Position numbers and translations under genes: made by a program. This document shows positions 26,001-38,250 of a stretch of DNA of 64,000 nt, piece by piece. The stretch comes from Raja brachyura (taxonomy: Eukaryota): contig OY740789.1 in assembly GCA_963514005.1 (NCBI GenBank), positions 21,514,001 through 21,578,000 on the forward strand, read 5' to 3'. Numbering within the stretch: position 1 is the stretch's first letter; each line of letters opens with the position of its first letter. The notes below the pieces were generated by a model, which made no database searches, had not been told where the DNA came from, and saw nothing but the letters and a program-made list of their open reading frames with translations.

Positions 26001-29000
26001 AACTTTGGGTGCAAATAATCCAGATTTTCTATGCTTTGGGTGAAGCAGTGTATTTTGCATTCAATGCTGAATGGCCAATACCTAATTTTGATGCTGTGAT
26101 CTCTGGTTCTATACACTCTGGTTCTAGCTTGGCTGACATCAACTCTGCATGTGCTTTATTTCTCTAAAGCACTTTGAAACACATGCAATTATGTTACTGA
26201 ACTTCACAAAAAAAAGAGATTAAGTATTTTGTTTTCCTTGCATGGTCAAACAATTGCTATCAAACAAAGGGGCACTTAAAAGTTAAATCCATACTAGGAC
26301 AGCATTTCCTGTGTATTTAAATTAATATTTAAAAATATATAGTTTGGAATAATCAATATGTTCTCTTCCTTTTTCTGGAATTAGAAATACTATATTTCAA
26401 AATTTACAGAAGGGCATTATGAAATTTGTAGAATGCACAAATCATTTGCAAATGGGGTTTAACAGATATAAAAATGATTGTGTACTTTGGTAGGAGGAAC
26501 ACACGTGGCACTTGTTGCTTAGACGGTGCACGTGAAAAAGAATAATCTTCAGATACTAATGCACTCTTTAAAAGGTGTGCTACAAATCAAGAAGGCCATT
26601 GAAAATAAAAGCAAACCTAGCACTGAAGTTTATTGGACACTTGCTAAACCTATATTAAATCTTGAATAGTAATTTGTGTTCTATTCTTGTTGCCATACTC
26701 TGGATGGAATAGAGAGATTTGAAGGTGCAGTCAGGACTTACAAGAATGATAGCACAAGTGCAACATAATTCATCTCGAAAAAAGATAACAAACGGGTGGG
26801 ATCTCTTCACTGGAGAAAAGGCAGGTTTGTAGTGACAATCTTGTGCAAAATTATGAAAGATTTAGGATAGCGTGGATAATGTAGGAAATGGTATAATTAG
26901 AACCCATAAATATAATAATCACCTGGATACACAAAAATAAATTTAAAATAAACCACCACAAAACTGCTGGGAATGTGGAACTTGCGACTACTGGGAGTAG
27001 TTACGTTAAAGGGAGCAGTATAGGTGTATTCAGAGAGTAGAGAACATAGAAACAGGCCTTTATACCCATTGAGGAGGCTGGACAAGCATGAAGGTGATGG
27101 GAATAAAGGAGTAGATAAGGAAAGACAGAACAAGACACAAGTGGTGCATATTTTGCAGCATAACCCTGGTTCAGACAAAATGGCTACTCTCCGCACTGCT
27201 TATAACATGCAATACTAGTTAATCTCAGTTATCTTACTTTTATTTTGGTTTCTGTACACAATTTGTCATAAAGTAACAACTTATCTTCCCTTTCCTAGTT
27301 AGACTATGTGCAACATGCTGAATAGTTTTCACAGACAAATAACATGTGCTTGCTCGGTTCACAAAGGTCTCCGATCTCACTGAGGGGTTACTCAGCCTTA
27401 TGACGGACCATGCCGTTCCAAGTGCACAACAGAAATTCTGTGGAAAAGTGCAACTAATGGAACAGTTGATGGCATTTGCCTCCCACTGTCGAAAAAAAAC
27501 CTATACAAACAAGCTAAGGCAAAAATAGCACCAATATCATCACAATGAGACTAAATAAACTTTGGAATTTGAGTCATCATAATATTAACATCAACTGTGC
27601 GGAAAAAGTGAATGTAATCAGTTGCATTTTAAGATATTCTGTTGATTTCCAAGCCTATGCGTTCTTCAGCTCAATTTCAATATTCAGCTAACCGCTGCAG
27701 CCCAAGATTATCATCTTCTTCCTCCATTTAAATAAAGTTTAATATCAAATGTCTGATGGTACTGATGGTACATATGCAATGTTTATATGTAATGTTCAAG
27801 TAACTTTCAATGTGGAAATCCAATATGATGGGATCCGATTAATGAAACCCAACCAGATTTTTATTTTGTTATTCTTTTTGACTCCCTTCTCTTGAAGTAT
27901 CAGCAGGTAATTATTTTCACGATCCCCATTTCTTTCTGTAGCTTAAGATTAAATCATTACAGTGGCTTATCGTTAGCCAATTCACTGTTCTCAATCATCA
28001 AGAACATCCTGATATAAGGGCAAAAAAGTAATCACAGCACAACGGCTGGAGACTATACCAATCTCAGGGCCAAAGTCACACAATGAATATTCAGAAAACA
28101 AAATGTTATTTGAGGCACTGCTTGAAAAACTCTGCTTTCACAAATGGCGCTTCACTTTGGAATCAGTTAGCCACCTCAGCAAGAATTTTATTAAAACCTG
28201 AAACCACTGCCTATATTTTGCAAAGTCCCACTTGCAGCAAGACAAACAAATGCCCTGAATTTCTACTTTTCTAGCCAGCACCAGAGACCTTTATAATGAC
28301 AACCAAGGAACCACAATGACAGATATATCCTTGCAATACATTCAACTTCTTTATTAACATGACGTTCATCAATTTCCACAGGCTTGCTTCCTTTCAAGAG
28401 TTTCATTCAATAGGTTTCCGGCATTGCCATAGGCTACACATTAGAAAGTTGTCATTTTCAACAATTAGAACAGGTGCAGCTCGATGTGGCGTAACAGAGC
28501 ACTCACAAATTAAAGTGCTAGAAAGTCTGCTGGGAACATTATAGAAGTGAGCAAGATGTCTTTCTCCTTCTACTATTGTTGGTCATGTGTACATACAGGA
28601 AACTAAATTTTGCAATTTGAAAAATGTTGAAATTACACTTTTGACAGATGATTTCAGAAGTTCCACTACATTTACAGTGCAGCCTCAATGTGTACTATAT
28701 CATAGCTTATAATTGTGCCTCTTCAGTAGTCAATGACAGAATCTTCACGAATGAAATGCCCATGTTGACAATAATTTTTGTTATCCTTCATTCCAGTGTC
28801 TGTGCATCACAAATCATGCTGTTCCTGTAAATTTCAGCTCAACATTCACAGTCTCAGAATGCAGGTATACATATTTACTTATTCAAAGATCTTGTATTTA
28901 TACATCACCTTTAATTATGGAAAGTTTTTCAACGTATTAAGCCAAACATTTTCAAAGTGTGGGATGGGTCAAGTCATGGCACTAAATGCAGAGAACATAG

Positions 29001-29164
29001 ACTGGGAAGATTAGTGTGTCTTCTGCCTTAGAACTAGCATTCAGAGCCAAGCTCCAAGTCATTGTTAACCCATTACTGAAGCGTTCAAGTGCAGTATATG
29101 GGCTTGCACTCAACTGCCAAGAGATAAAATGGTCCTCAACTTCCTATTCCACAGGATATGTCAA

Positions 29165-29400
29165 AGAATGAATGTCAGCATTTTTTTTGCAGCCAGGCCA
29201 ACATACTCAGCATTGTGGCCCTAATAACACTCAGCCAGCTCTCTTGGCCATGCCATGTTGCTTGCATGTCCCAACTAGACTCCCGAACAAAACATTTTAT
29301 CAAAAGAGACAATGGCCAGGCAGAGGCAAACATGTTCTCAAAGCCTGCTTGCATAAATGTAACATATCCACTGACTCCTGGAAAGAATATTCAGGATGGT
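29165..29400 (+). mobile_element. RTE-clade LINE C-terminal fragment
   Basis: QANILSIVALITLSQLSWPCHVACM..RLPNKTFY resembles the RTE motif QLRWAGHVVRMPDxRLPK. Confidence 0.65.
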
Positions 29401-29904
29401 ATTAAGAATAAGATTTTTTTTTTAATGTGCAGTTATGGATGGTGAGTAAGGCTGTGCAAGGATACAGGAAGATATAGAACATTGGAGAACCAGGAAAAGA
29501 AAGAAGAAATATTTTGGAGCAGCTCAAAGGTAACATTGCAGGGATGGGCGGTGAAAATCTTGGATGGCATTGACATTGACCAGAATCATTTAAGGTCAAT
29601 CCTATTCACTGGCTGATATTTAAATAGTGCTGGAGGTAGATGGTGCTTCCAGTTGCATCGATGACCATCACTGAAAAAGACAAGAAAAGATTGGCCATCA
29701 TAGTTACATGACACATTAAGTGCATCTTTAACTGGTATTATTTCAGTGCTTTAGTGAAGGTGGATATATAATTACAGAAAGCTGTACTGATTCAGGAGAC
29801 GACACATCATCAAGGTTCAAGGGCTTTTATGAGAAAAGGACAGGCTAAAACAGAAAGTGTGTGGTTTTTCAAAAAGGGAAGTGTTGCCAATAATGAAGAA
29901 GGAA

Positions 29905-30515
29905 GAATGGCAACACAAGTAGATAGAGTTGCAAAGAAGCTACCTCATATGCTTGCTTTCATTGGTTGGGACATTTAAGAAAGTATCATGCTTCTCTATA
30001 CACTTTGGTTAGGCTGCATTTGGAATATTGCATACAGTTCTAGTCACCCCATTACAGGATGTGGAGGCTTTTGAGAGGATGCTGAAGAGGTCTACCAGAA
30101 TGCCTAGCAGGCATTCACTACAAAGAGAGACTGGATAAACTTGGATTGGTTTCTGTGGAATGCCGGAAGTTGTACAATTGTGAGAACAAAAGATAGGGTA
30201 GACAGTCATCACCTTTACGACAGGGTAGAAAGACTAGGATTAGAGGGTGTAGCTGTAAGGTGCGAGGAGGAAGTGCAGGGCAAGTATTATTAAGCAGAGG
30301 TTGGTAGGTTCCTGGATCAGGCTGCCAGATGTGCCAGTGAAAGCAGATGTGATAATGGTACTGAAGATCTTTTAGATAGGCACATGTATATGCAGGGAAT
30401 GGAGGTATATAGATCATATGCAGGCAGAGATTAGTTTAGCTAGGCATCATATTTGGGTCAGTCTTTGTGGTTCGAGCGTCCGGTTCCTGTATTGTACTGT
30501 TTGTTCTATGTTCTA
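29905..30515 (+). mobile_element. Old CR1 3' portion
   Basis: Decayed QVDRVxKK...LVRLHLEYCIQFxSPHY and a TTCTATGTTCTA tail. Confidence 0.75.
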
Positions 30516-30585
30516 ACGATTGAAAATCATTGTACCATTTCAGTGAACATGCAGATCAGAAAGAGAAGCCGGCCTGGACTATTGT

Positions 30586-30808
30586 AGAGATACAGCGCGG
30601 AAACAGGCCTTTCAGCCAACCAAGTCCTCACTGACCATCGATCATCTGTCCGTTAGTTCTGTTATCCTACTTTCATATTCCTGGGGCAATTTACAGAATT
30701 CAATTAACCTACACACCTGCGCGTCTTTGGAATGTAAGCATAGTCAGTTTCGGACCTGGGTCTCTGACAGAGTGAAGCAGCAGATTTATCGCTGCACCAC
30801 TGAGCCCT
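30586..30808 (-). mobile_element. HE1-like tRNA-derived SINE (internally deleted)
   Basis: The minus strand reads CAGTGGTGCAGCGATAAA...AGAGACCCAGGTCCG (A/B-box-like head), the conserved GTAGGTTAATTG core and a CR1-like tail GGCCTGTTTCCGCGCTGTATCT. Confidence 0.7.
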
Positions 30809-31309
30809 CCTGGTGTTAAGGAGCAGGAGATGTGCCTGCCTGGGTAAGACAAGGTTAGAGAGAAACGTTAAAATTGGGGAAACATTGTGATAAAGTCAAA
30901 GTTCAGAGCTTTGGATTGTAGCAGAATAACTAAATACCAAGCATAATTTAAAAATAGTAAACATTTTGCTCCCACAGTGGCACTTAAGTAATACAAAAAT
31001 ACTATCTATACATTATGTACTTGCTTGGCATTTTCATTAATAGTTGCACTGAAATATTATAAAGCATAAACCAAATGAATGTCACCGGTGAAATGCCACT
31101 GGAGTTTTCTTGAACCTTAATTGAAAACATGTGGAAATCACTTTTACACTGAGAATCATCTATAACAAGAACATTTTTGGACATCAGAAGAATAGAGCAC
31201 AGAATTCATCTTTTATTACTCCAAAGAAAACAGCACAAGTTAAATGACTTACTCTAATATTGTCAACAACGGATTCAAATTCTGAGCAAATGATGAAGTT
31301 ATGAGCACA

Positions 31310-31502
31310 GGAACTCAGCGGGTGCAGCAGCATCTAAGGAGCGAAGGAGATAGGCGACGTTTCGGGTCGAGACTCTGAAGAAGGGTCTCGACCCGAAACG
31401 TCGCCTATCTCCTTCGCTCCTTAGATGCTGCTGCACCCGCTGAGTTTCTCCAGCTTTTTGTGTAACCCTCGATTCTCCAGCATCTGCAGTTCCTTCTTTA
31501 AC
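31310..31502 (+). mobile_element. Penelope-derived insertion with a perfect 62-bp fold-back
   Basis: Arms 31312-31373 and 31385-31446; 14-bp TSD AAGTTATGAGCACA (31296-31309 / 31503-31516). Confidence 0.92.
31375..31402 (+). ncRNA. Minimal type-I hammerhead ribozyme motif (PLE-associated)
   Basis: CUGAAGA-A-[GGGU CUCG ACCC]-GAAA-CGUC with palindromic ACGU helix III; helix I is weak and activity is untested. Confidence 0.65.
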
Positions 31503-31589
31503 AAGTTATGAGCACATATGTATTGGATAGTACCAATATTCACTGGAGAACATTAATAGGATATCATACTCAGGAAGTGTGTGTAAATA

Positions 31590-32095
31590 ATGTGGCCCAG
31601 ATGAAGTCACTTGACGGGTTCTGAAGTCATGCACTGATCAACTGGCCACAGCCTTTGCCAACATCTTCAACCTCTCACTTCAAAAATTTACTGTCCCTAT
31701 CTACTTTGAAGGAACTTTCATCATTCAAGTCCCCCCCCCCAAAAAGTAAGATGATCGCTTTCAACCAATACCATCCAGTACCTCTAACACTCAGCAACAG
31801 AGAGAAAATACAGGAGCTTGAAAGCCTGTTCCTGCAAATTAAGAACAGCTTCTTGCCAAGATAGACACAAAATGCTGTAGTAACTCTGCAGGTCAGACCA
31901 CATCTCTGGAAAAAATGGATGTGACGTTTACACTTCAATCTGTGCACCATTCTGCAGTTTTGCATTCATTGTTGTGTTATTATTATATCTATCATTACTC
32001 TACACTATTTCCTCTACGAGCTTCATGCAAACAGGGGATTTCATTGGACGTGGTATATTTCATAACTAATCTGATTCTGAAATTCAATTCAAATC
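31590..32095 (+). mobile_element. Decayed Rex1-like LINE fragment
   Basis: GPDEVT*RVLKSCTDQLATAFANIFNLSL...NQYHPVPLT. Confidence 0.6.
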
Positions 32096-32665
32096 AATAA
32101 TTCTCCCATTTTTATTGCCATTATTAATCAAGGTATGCAATGACAGCATAATTGCAAATTAGATTGAAAGTGACCTCAACAGTTAGGTTGATTTGCCCAC
32201 TAATATTTACAGCTTTCTCACAGGTATTGTAACGTGAATGGAAATAAAAGAGCTAGAGGAACTCAGCAGGTCAAAGGACATTTTGGATCAGAGCCTATCT
32301 TCAGACTTCAGAATTGTCCTTATCCAAAATGTGTCTGTTTATTCCCTCCGTTGATCCAACCTGACCCACTCGCCGAGTTCTTCCAGCACTGTTTTTTGCT
32401 CAAGATTCTAACACCTGCAGTTTCTTGTGACACAATTTTAACGTGTGATCTGTGGTTAGCACCACTAATAATTGCAGCATTGTAGCAACATTGTTTAGTT
32501 TGGAACCTGCAAGAAAGACTATCAATCTCTGTGAACAACAAAGAACCATGTCTTGACACAACAAATATTTTTTACTACTCAAATAATACTTGCTTTTTTT
32601 TCATATTAGCAACTATTTCTAAGGAAATATTTCTGTTTCTGTGAAATGTATTATGAGATTCATAG

Positions 32666-33228
32666 GGTACACAAAAGGCTGGAGAAACTCAGCGGGTGCA
32701 GCAGGATCTAAGGAGCGAAGGAGATAGGCGACGTTTCGGGTCAAGACCCTTCTTCAGACTGGTTAGGGTTCAGGGAAACGAGAGATATAGATGGTGATGT
32801 GGAGAGATAAAGAACAATGAATGAAATATATGCAAAAAAGTAACGATGATAAAGGAAACAGGCCATTGTAAGCTGTTTGTAGTGTGAAAATGAGAAGCTA
32901 GTGCGACTTGGGTGGGGGACAGATAGAGAGAGAGGGAATGCCAGGGCCCGAGGGCTGAGGGAGAGGTGGGAAGGGGAGGAGGCAGCAAGGGTTAACAGAA
33001 ATGAGAAAATGTAATGTTTAAGCCCAGAGGATGCAGACTCCCCAAGCGGAGTATGAGGTGCTGTTCCTCCAACTTGCGGTGTTGCTCACTCTGGCCGTGG
33101 AGGAGGCCCAGGACCGAGAGGTCGGATACGGAATGGGATGGGGAGTTGAAGTGCTAAGCCACCGGGAGGTCAGGTTGGTTATTGCGGACCGAGCGGAGGT
33201 GTTCGGCGAAACGATCGCCAAGCCTCCT
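32666..33228 (-). mobile_element. Penelope-like element 3' end (GIY-YIG C-terminal coding region plus pLTR)
   Basis: Minus-strand RRLGDRFAEHLRSVRNNQPDLPVA*HFNSPSHSVSDLSVLGLLHGQSEQHRKLEEQHLILRLGSLHPLGLNITFSHFC*; HHR motif at 32730-32757; TSD AGATTCATAG/AGACTCATAG (32656-32665 / 33229-33238). Confidence 0.9.
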
Positions 33229-33315
33229 AGACTCATAGATTGGGTAGAGCAGAGCAGAGCAGCAGTGGGACATTTTGAGACTGTGCCATTGAGAGGTATT
33301 CGACCTTCAACCTTG

Positions 33316-33337
33316 CATCATCATCATCATCATCATC
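33316..33337. repeat. (CAT)n microsatellite
   Basis: About seven CAT units. Confidence 0.9.
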
Positions 33338-33548
33338 GTTGAAAACATTAGCGACGCAGTAGTGCCGGTTTCCGACGTACATGGTGACGGATGCACCACA
33401 CACCTCTGTCCTCCATGCAGTCAATTTCAACCTTAAAGTCAATCACAAGGAAAGGTATGGCAGAGTGGCCTATTGGGAGGAGCCATGTTGAGGGCAAGTG
33501 TTTTGTTTAGTGTAGCTGCTGAGGCTTAGGCTCGAGAGGCTTCGGAAA

Positions 33549-33985
33549 GTCAAAACAAAGTCAAACAAACTTTATTGTCATTTAGAAATACATTGATATA
33601 TGCAGTTCCAAACGAAATTACGTTGCATTTGGCTCCCTGTGCAACACGATAAATTAACAGAAGGATAGACATGAATAAAATGGATAAAAAGGATAAAAGG
33701 ATAAATAGACAATGGTGGCAGCCCATTACATGGCATTCAGGAGTCTGATGGCTCGTGGGAAGAAGCTGTTGCAGAACCTTGATGTTCTGCTCCTTATGCT
33801 GCGATATCTTTTGCCCGAGGGCAGCAGAGTGAACAGTCCGTGATGGAGATGTGTGGGGTCTTTTATAATACTGCTGGCCTTAGACACGCAACGTTTGCTC
33901 GCAATATCCCCGATTGAGGGGAGAGAGGTCCCGATGATATTTTCCGCTATCCTCACCACTCTCTGCACAGACTTCCAGTCAGAAG
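33549..33985 (-). mobile_element. Rex1/Babar LINE 3' end
   Basis: DWKSVQRVVRIAENIIGTSLPSI...HGLFTLLPSGKRYRSIRSRTSRFCNSFFPRAIRLLN. Confidence 0.88.
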
Positions 33986-34564
33986 GCTGTGGGTCAAATA
34001 GGATGAGGTTATTCCTTTGCTGTCTTGCACAGCAGGTGCATAGGTACAAGTAGCAGTACCATACTACTTGTGGTAGTGCAGAGAACATGACAGTTAGGGC
34101 ATCGGTATGTTACTCCTGCAGGATGTAGGCAGTCAGGGTGACTTCCAGCGTCTCTGAGGACTACACCTGTAGGAAATGATGCGGTTTCTCACTAACCAAA
34201 TGAGGGACATGGTTCAGTGATTGGCCAACCTCCAAATTGTCTGGGTGTATGAGAACATCATTGATAGTAATTATAATGAGTTGTCACACCCAAGGTACAG
34301 GCCGAAAGTAGACCACCATGAAAGGATTGAAACGATTCAAGGTGATCCCTCTGTGGACATTCCCATCCCAAACAAGTATACCTTTTTGGATACTATTGGG
34401 GAAGATGACCAACCAGGGGAGAATAGCAGCAGCAGTCAGATCTGTGGCATCAGGCCTAGCCCTGAGACACTGCAGGCAAGGGTGAAGATAGACAGAGTGA
34501 TAGTCATAAGAGACTCGTTAGTTAAGGGTACAGACAGAAGTTTCTGTAGCTGCAAATGAGCTGC

Positions 34565-34856
34565 AAATTAAGGATAAGGGGGAAGTCTTTTAGGACCGAG
34601 ATGAGAAGATCTTTTTTCACACAGAGAGTGGTGAGTCTGTGGAATTCTCTGCCACAGAAGGTAGTTGAGGCCAGTTCATTGGCTATATTTAAGAGGGAGC
34701 TAGATGTGGCCCTTGTGGCTAAAGGGATCAGGGGGTATGGAGAGAAGGCAGGTACAGGATACTGAGTTGGATGATCAGCCATGATCATATTGAATGACGG
34801 TGCAGGCTCGAAGGGCCGAATGGCCTACTCCTGCACCTATTTTCTATGATTCTATG
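34565..34856 (+). mobile_element. Young CR1 3' end inserted into the older CR1 ORF1
   Basis: LRIRGKSFRTEMRRSFFTQRVVSLWNSLP and TTCTATGA tail. Confidence 0.9.
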
Positions 34857-34995
34857 AGTCTCCAGGATTGTGTGTTATCTTCTTTGTGCCAGGACGCAGG
34901 ATGTCTCCAAGCCACTGCAGAAGATTCTCAAGTGGGAGGGTGAACAGCCAGAAGTCGCTGTGCACGTTGGCACAAATGACATAGGTAGAAAAAGA

Positions 34996-35222
34996 TGTTT
35001 AAGAAGGAATTGCAGATGCTGGAAAATTGAAGGTAGACAAAAATGCTGGAGAAGCTCAGCGAGTGAGGCAGCATCTATGGAGCGATGGAAATAGGCAACG
35101 TTTCGCGTCGAGACCCTTCTTCAGACAGTCGGAAGAAGGGTCTCGGCCCAAAACGTTACCTACTTCCTTCGCTCCATAGATGCTGCCTCACCCGCTGAGT
35201 TTCTCCAGCATTTTTGTCTACC
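34996..35222. mobile_element. Fold-back Penelope-derived repeat with two opposed HHR-like cores
   Basis: ~90-bp imperfect inverted arms centred near 35127; flanking CATAGGTAGA duplication. Confidence 0.85.
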
Positions 35223-35719
35223 ATAGGTAGATATATAGATGAGATCCTGCCCAGTGAACAAACAGAGTTAGGAAAATGGATAAAAAGCAGGACTATGAGG
35301 GAAGTAATCTCTGGATTACTCCCAGTGCCACATGCTAGTGAGGGTAGGAATAGGAATATAGGTTTGATTAAATCATGGCTGATGAGTTGGTGCAGGCATT
35401 CAGGTTTTTTACTATTGGGATCTCTTCTGGGCAGAAGTGATCTGTACAAGAGGGACAGGTTGTATCTGAACTGGAGGGAAAACAATATTGTTGCGGGGAG
35501 ATCCGCTTATGCTACTCTGGAGGGTTTCAACTAGAGTGGCAGGAGGATGGGAACCACAGTAGGTCAGCAAATGGGAGGATTGATAGGATGGCAGCGGTCG
35601 TGATCAGTAAGTCTCAAAGAAAGGATTGGCAGAAAGAGGTGAAGGAATATGGTGAAAGTGGTGGGCTGAAGCGTGGTTATATCAATGCAAGGAGTATTGT
35701 GGATAATGTATATGAACAT

Positions 35720-37005
35720 TGACAATAGACAATAGATGCAGGAGTAGGCCATTCAGCCCCTCAAGCCATAACTGCCATTCAATGTGATCATGGCTAATCA
35801 TCCACAATCAGTACCCCGTTCCTGCCTTCTCCCCATATCCCTTTAAGAGCTCTGTCTAGCTGTCTCTTGTAAGCATCCAGGGAACCAGCCTCCACCGCCC
35901 TCTGAAGCAGAGAATTCGACTCGCAACTGTGAAAAAGTTTTTCCTCATCTCCGTTCTAAATGGCTTACTCCTTATTCTTAAACTATGGCCCCTGGCTCTG
36001 GAATCCCCCAACATCAGGAACATGTTTCCTGCCTTCTAGCATATCCAAACCCATAATAATCTTATATGTTTCAATAAGATCCCCTCTCATCCTAAATTCC
36101 AGAGTATACAAGCCCAGCCACTCCATTCTATCAACATATAACAGTCCCACCATCCCGGGAAGTAACCTCGTGAACAGACGCTTCACTCCATCAATAGCAA
36201 GAATGTCCTTCCTCAAATTGGGAGACCAAAACTGCACACAATACTCCAGGCGTGCTCTCACTAGGGCCCTGTACAACTGCAGGAGGACCTATTTGCTCTG
36301 ATACTCAACTCCTCTTGTTATGAAGGCCAACATGCCATTCGCTTTCTTCACTGCCTGCTGTACTTGCATGCTTACTTTCATTGACTGATGAACAAGGGCC
36401 CCCAGAGGCCATTGTAATTCTCCTTTTCCCAACTTGACTCCATTTAGATAATAATCTGCCTTCCTGTTTTGCCACCAAAGTGGATAACCTAACATTTATC
36501 CACATTAAACTGTATCTGCCATGCATCTGCCCACTCACCCAACCTGTCCAAGTCACCCTGCATCCTCATAGCATCCTCCTCACAGTTCAGCTGCCACCCA
36601 GCTTTGTGTCATCTGCAAATTTGCTAATGTTACTTTTAATCCTTCATGTAAATCATTAATGTATATTGTAAATAGCTATGGTCCCAGCACTGAGCCTTGC
36701 GGTACCCCAGTAATCACTGCATGCCATTCTGAAAGGGACCCGTTAATCCCTACTCTTTGTTTCCTGTATGCCAACCAATTTTATAACCATGTCAGCACCC
36801 TACTCCTTCACCATGTGCTCTAATTTTGTCCACTAATCTCCTATGTGGGACCTTATCAAATGCTTCCTGAAATTCCAGGTACACCACATCTACTGGCTCT
36901 CCCTTGTCCATTTTCCTAGTTACATCCTCAAAACATTCCAGAAGATTAGTCAAGCATGATTTCCCCTTCGTAAATCCATGCTGACTCGGACCGATCCTGC
37001 TACTG
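35720..37005 (-). mobile_element. CR1 LINE RT 3' portion
   Basis: QHGF, AFDKVPH, KFADDT and LEYCVQFWSP remnants; (GACAATA)n tail. Confidence 0.9.
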
Positions 37006-37759
37006 GATCAGGTTAACCTGGATCAGTGCCTGGAAATATGATATTTTGACCATTACGGAGAGCTGGTTGCGTGAGGGAGAGGACTCGTAATTCAATGTTC
37101 AGGGTTACATGTTTGAGTTGTGATAGAGAGGGAGGTGGAAGATGTGGAAGAATCAGGGAGAATGGCACAGCAGCACTCATTGAGGACACACTAGCAGATT
37201 CGTCCACTGAGGCGATATAGTTAGAGTTAAAAAAAAATAACGAAGTGGATAATCAAACAGGAGGTGAAATCACGCTGGATCTTGCACTGCATAATGAGCC
37301 TTGCCAGGTGACGGGTGTTTTAGTGGAAAAGTATTTTGAGAATAGTGATCACTGAAGAAGGGTCGCGAATCGAAATGAAACCCATTCCTTCTCTTCAGAG
37401 ATGCTGCCTGTCCCGCTGAGTTACTCCATTATTTTGTGTCCATCACAACTCCATTCGTTTTAAGATAGTTATGAATATTGATAAGTCTGAACCTTGTGGA
37501 AGGTACTAAATTGTGATAAGGCAGATTAAGCAAGAGCAAGAGAGAATAAATTCAAAGCAATTGTTATTGCACAAGTCCAGATCTGACAGTTGGCCAATAA
37601 AGGGAGATGAGCAGTGTTCAGGACTGGCATGTTCCAGTATGAAGGAAGGATAAGGATCGCAAGTAAAGGGAAATTTTGATGACCAAAGAGGTTATAAATT
37701 TGGTCAAAGAAACCTAAGGTTTAGGAAAAATGAAAGAGAGGGAGGGGGGGGGGGGGAGT

Positions 37760-37912
37760 NNNNNNNNNNNNNNNNNNNNNNNNNNNNNNNNNNNNNNNNN
37801 NNNNNNNNNNNNNNNNNNNNNNNNNNNNNNNNNNNNNNNNNNNNNNNNNNNNNNNNNNNNNNNNNNNNNNNNNNNNNNNNNNNNNNNNNNNNNNNNNNNN
37901 NNNNNNNNNNNN
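37760..37912. other. Assembly gap (N run)
   Basis: Run of N. Confidence 1.
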
Positions 37913-38050
37913 CGGGCGGCAGGTCGCGGGGGTCCCGAGCGAGCCCGGAGCGATCCGAGGACCAAAGATCCTATAGCAGGCTGTAGGCTCTTTGCTGAGG
38001 ACTGCCAAAAGCTTCCGCCAGCGTTACGGAGGATCAGGCCGCGGACACGG

Positions 38051-38250
38051 NNNNNNNNNNNNNNNNNNNNNNNNNNNNNNNNNNNNNNNNNNNNNNNNNN
38101 NNNNNNNNNNNNNNNNNNNNNNNNNNNNNNNNNNNNNNNNNNNNNNNNNNNNNNNNNNNNNNNNNNNNNNNNNNNNNNNNNNNNNNNNNNNNNNNNNNNN
38201 NNNNNNNNNNNNNNNNNNNNNNNNNNNNNNNNNNNNNNNNNNNNNNNNNN
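38051..38250. other. Assembly gap (N run)
   Basis: Run of N. Confidence 1.

Larger units (their letters stand above)
33450..37730 (+). mobile_element. Old CR1 5' half (ORF1 zinc-finger + SGNH esterase, start of the ORF2 endonuclease), split by younger insertions
   Basis: VIRDSLVKGTDR (GDS-like block), VHVGTNDIG, ISGLLPVP and DRLYLN esterase blocks; YINARSI ORF2 start near 35680; endonuclease remnants at 37005-37730. Confidence 0.8.

Noticed and set aside
27898-27906. 9-nt microexon-like signature GAAG|TATCAGCAG|GTAATT on the plus strand
   Set aside because: Antisense to PPP4R4 with no plus-strand host gene evident; plausible by chance.
33031-33342. ORF ending in poly-His
   Set aside because: Antisense of the PLE coding end running into a (CAT)n microsatellite.
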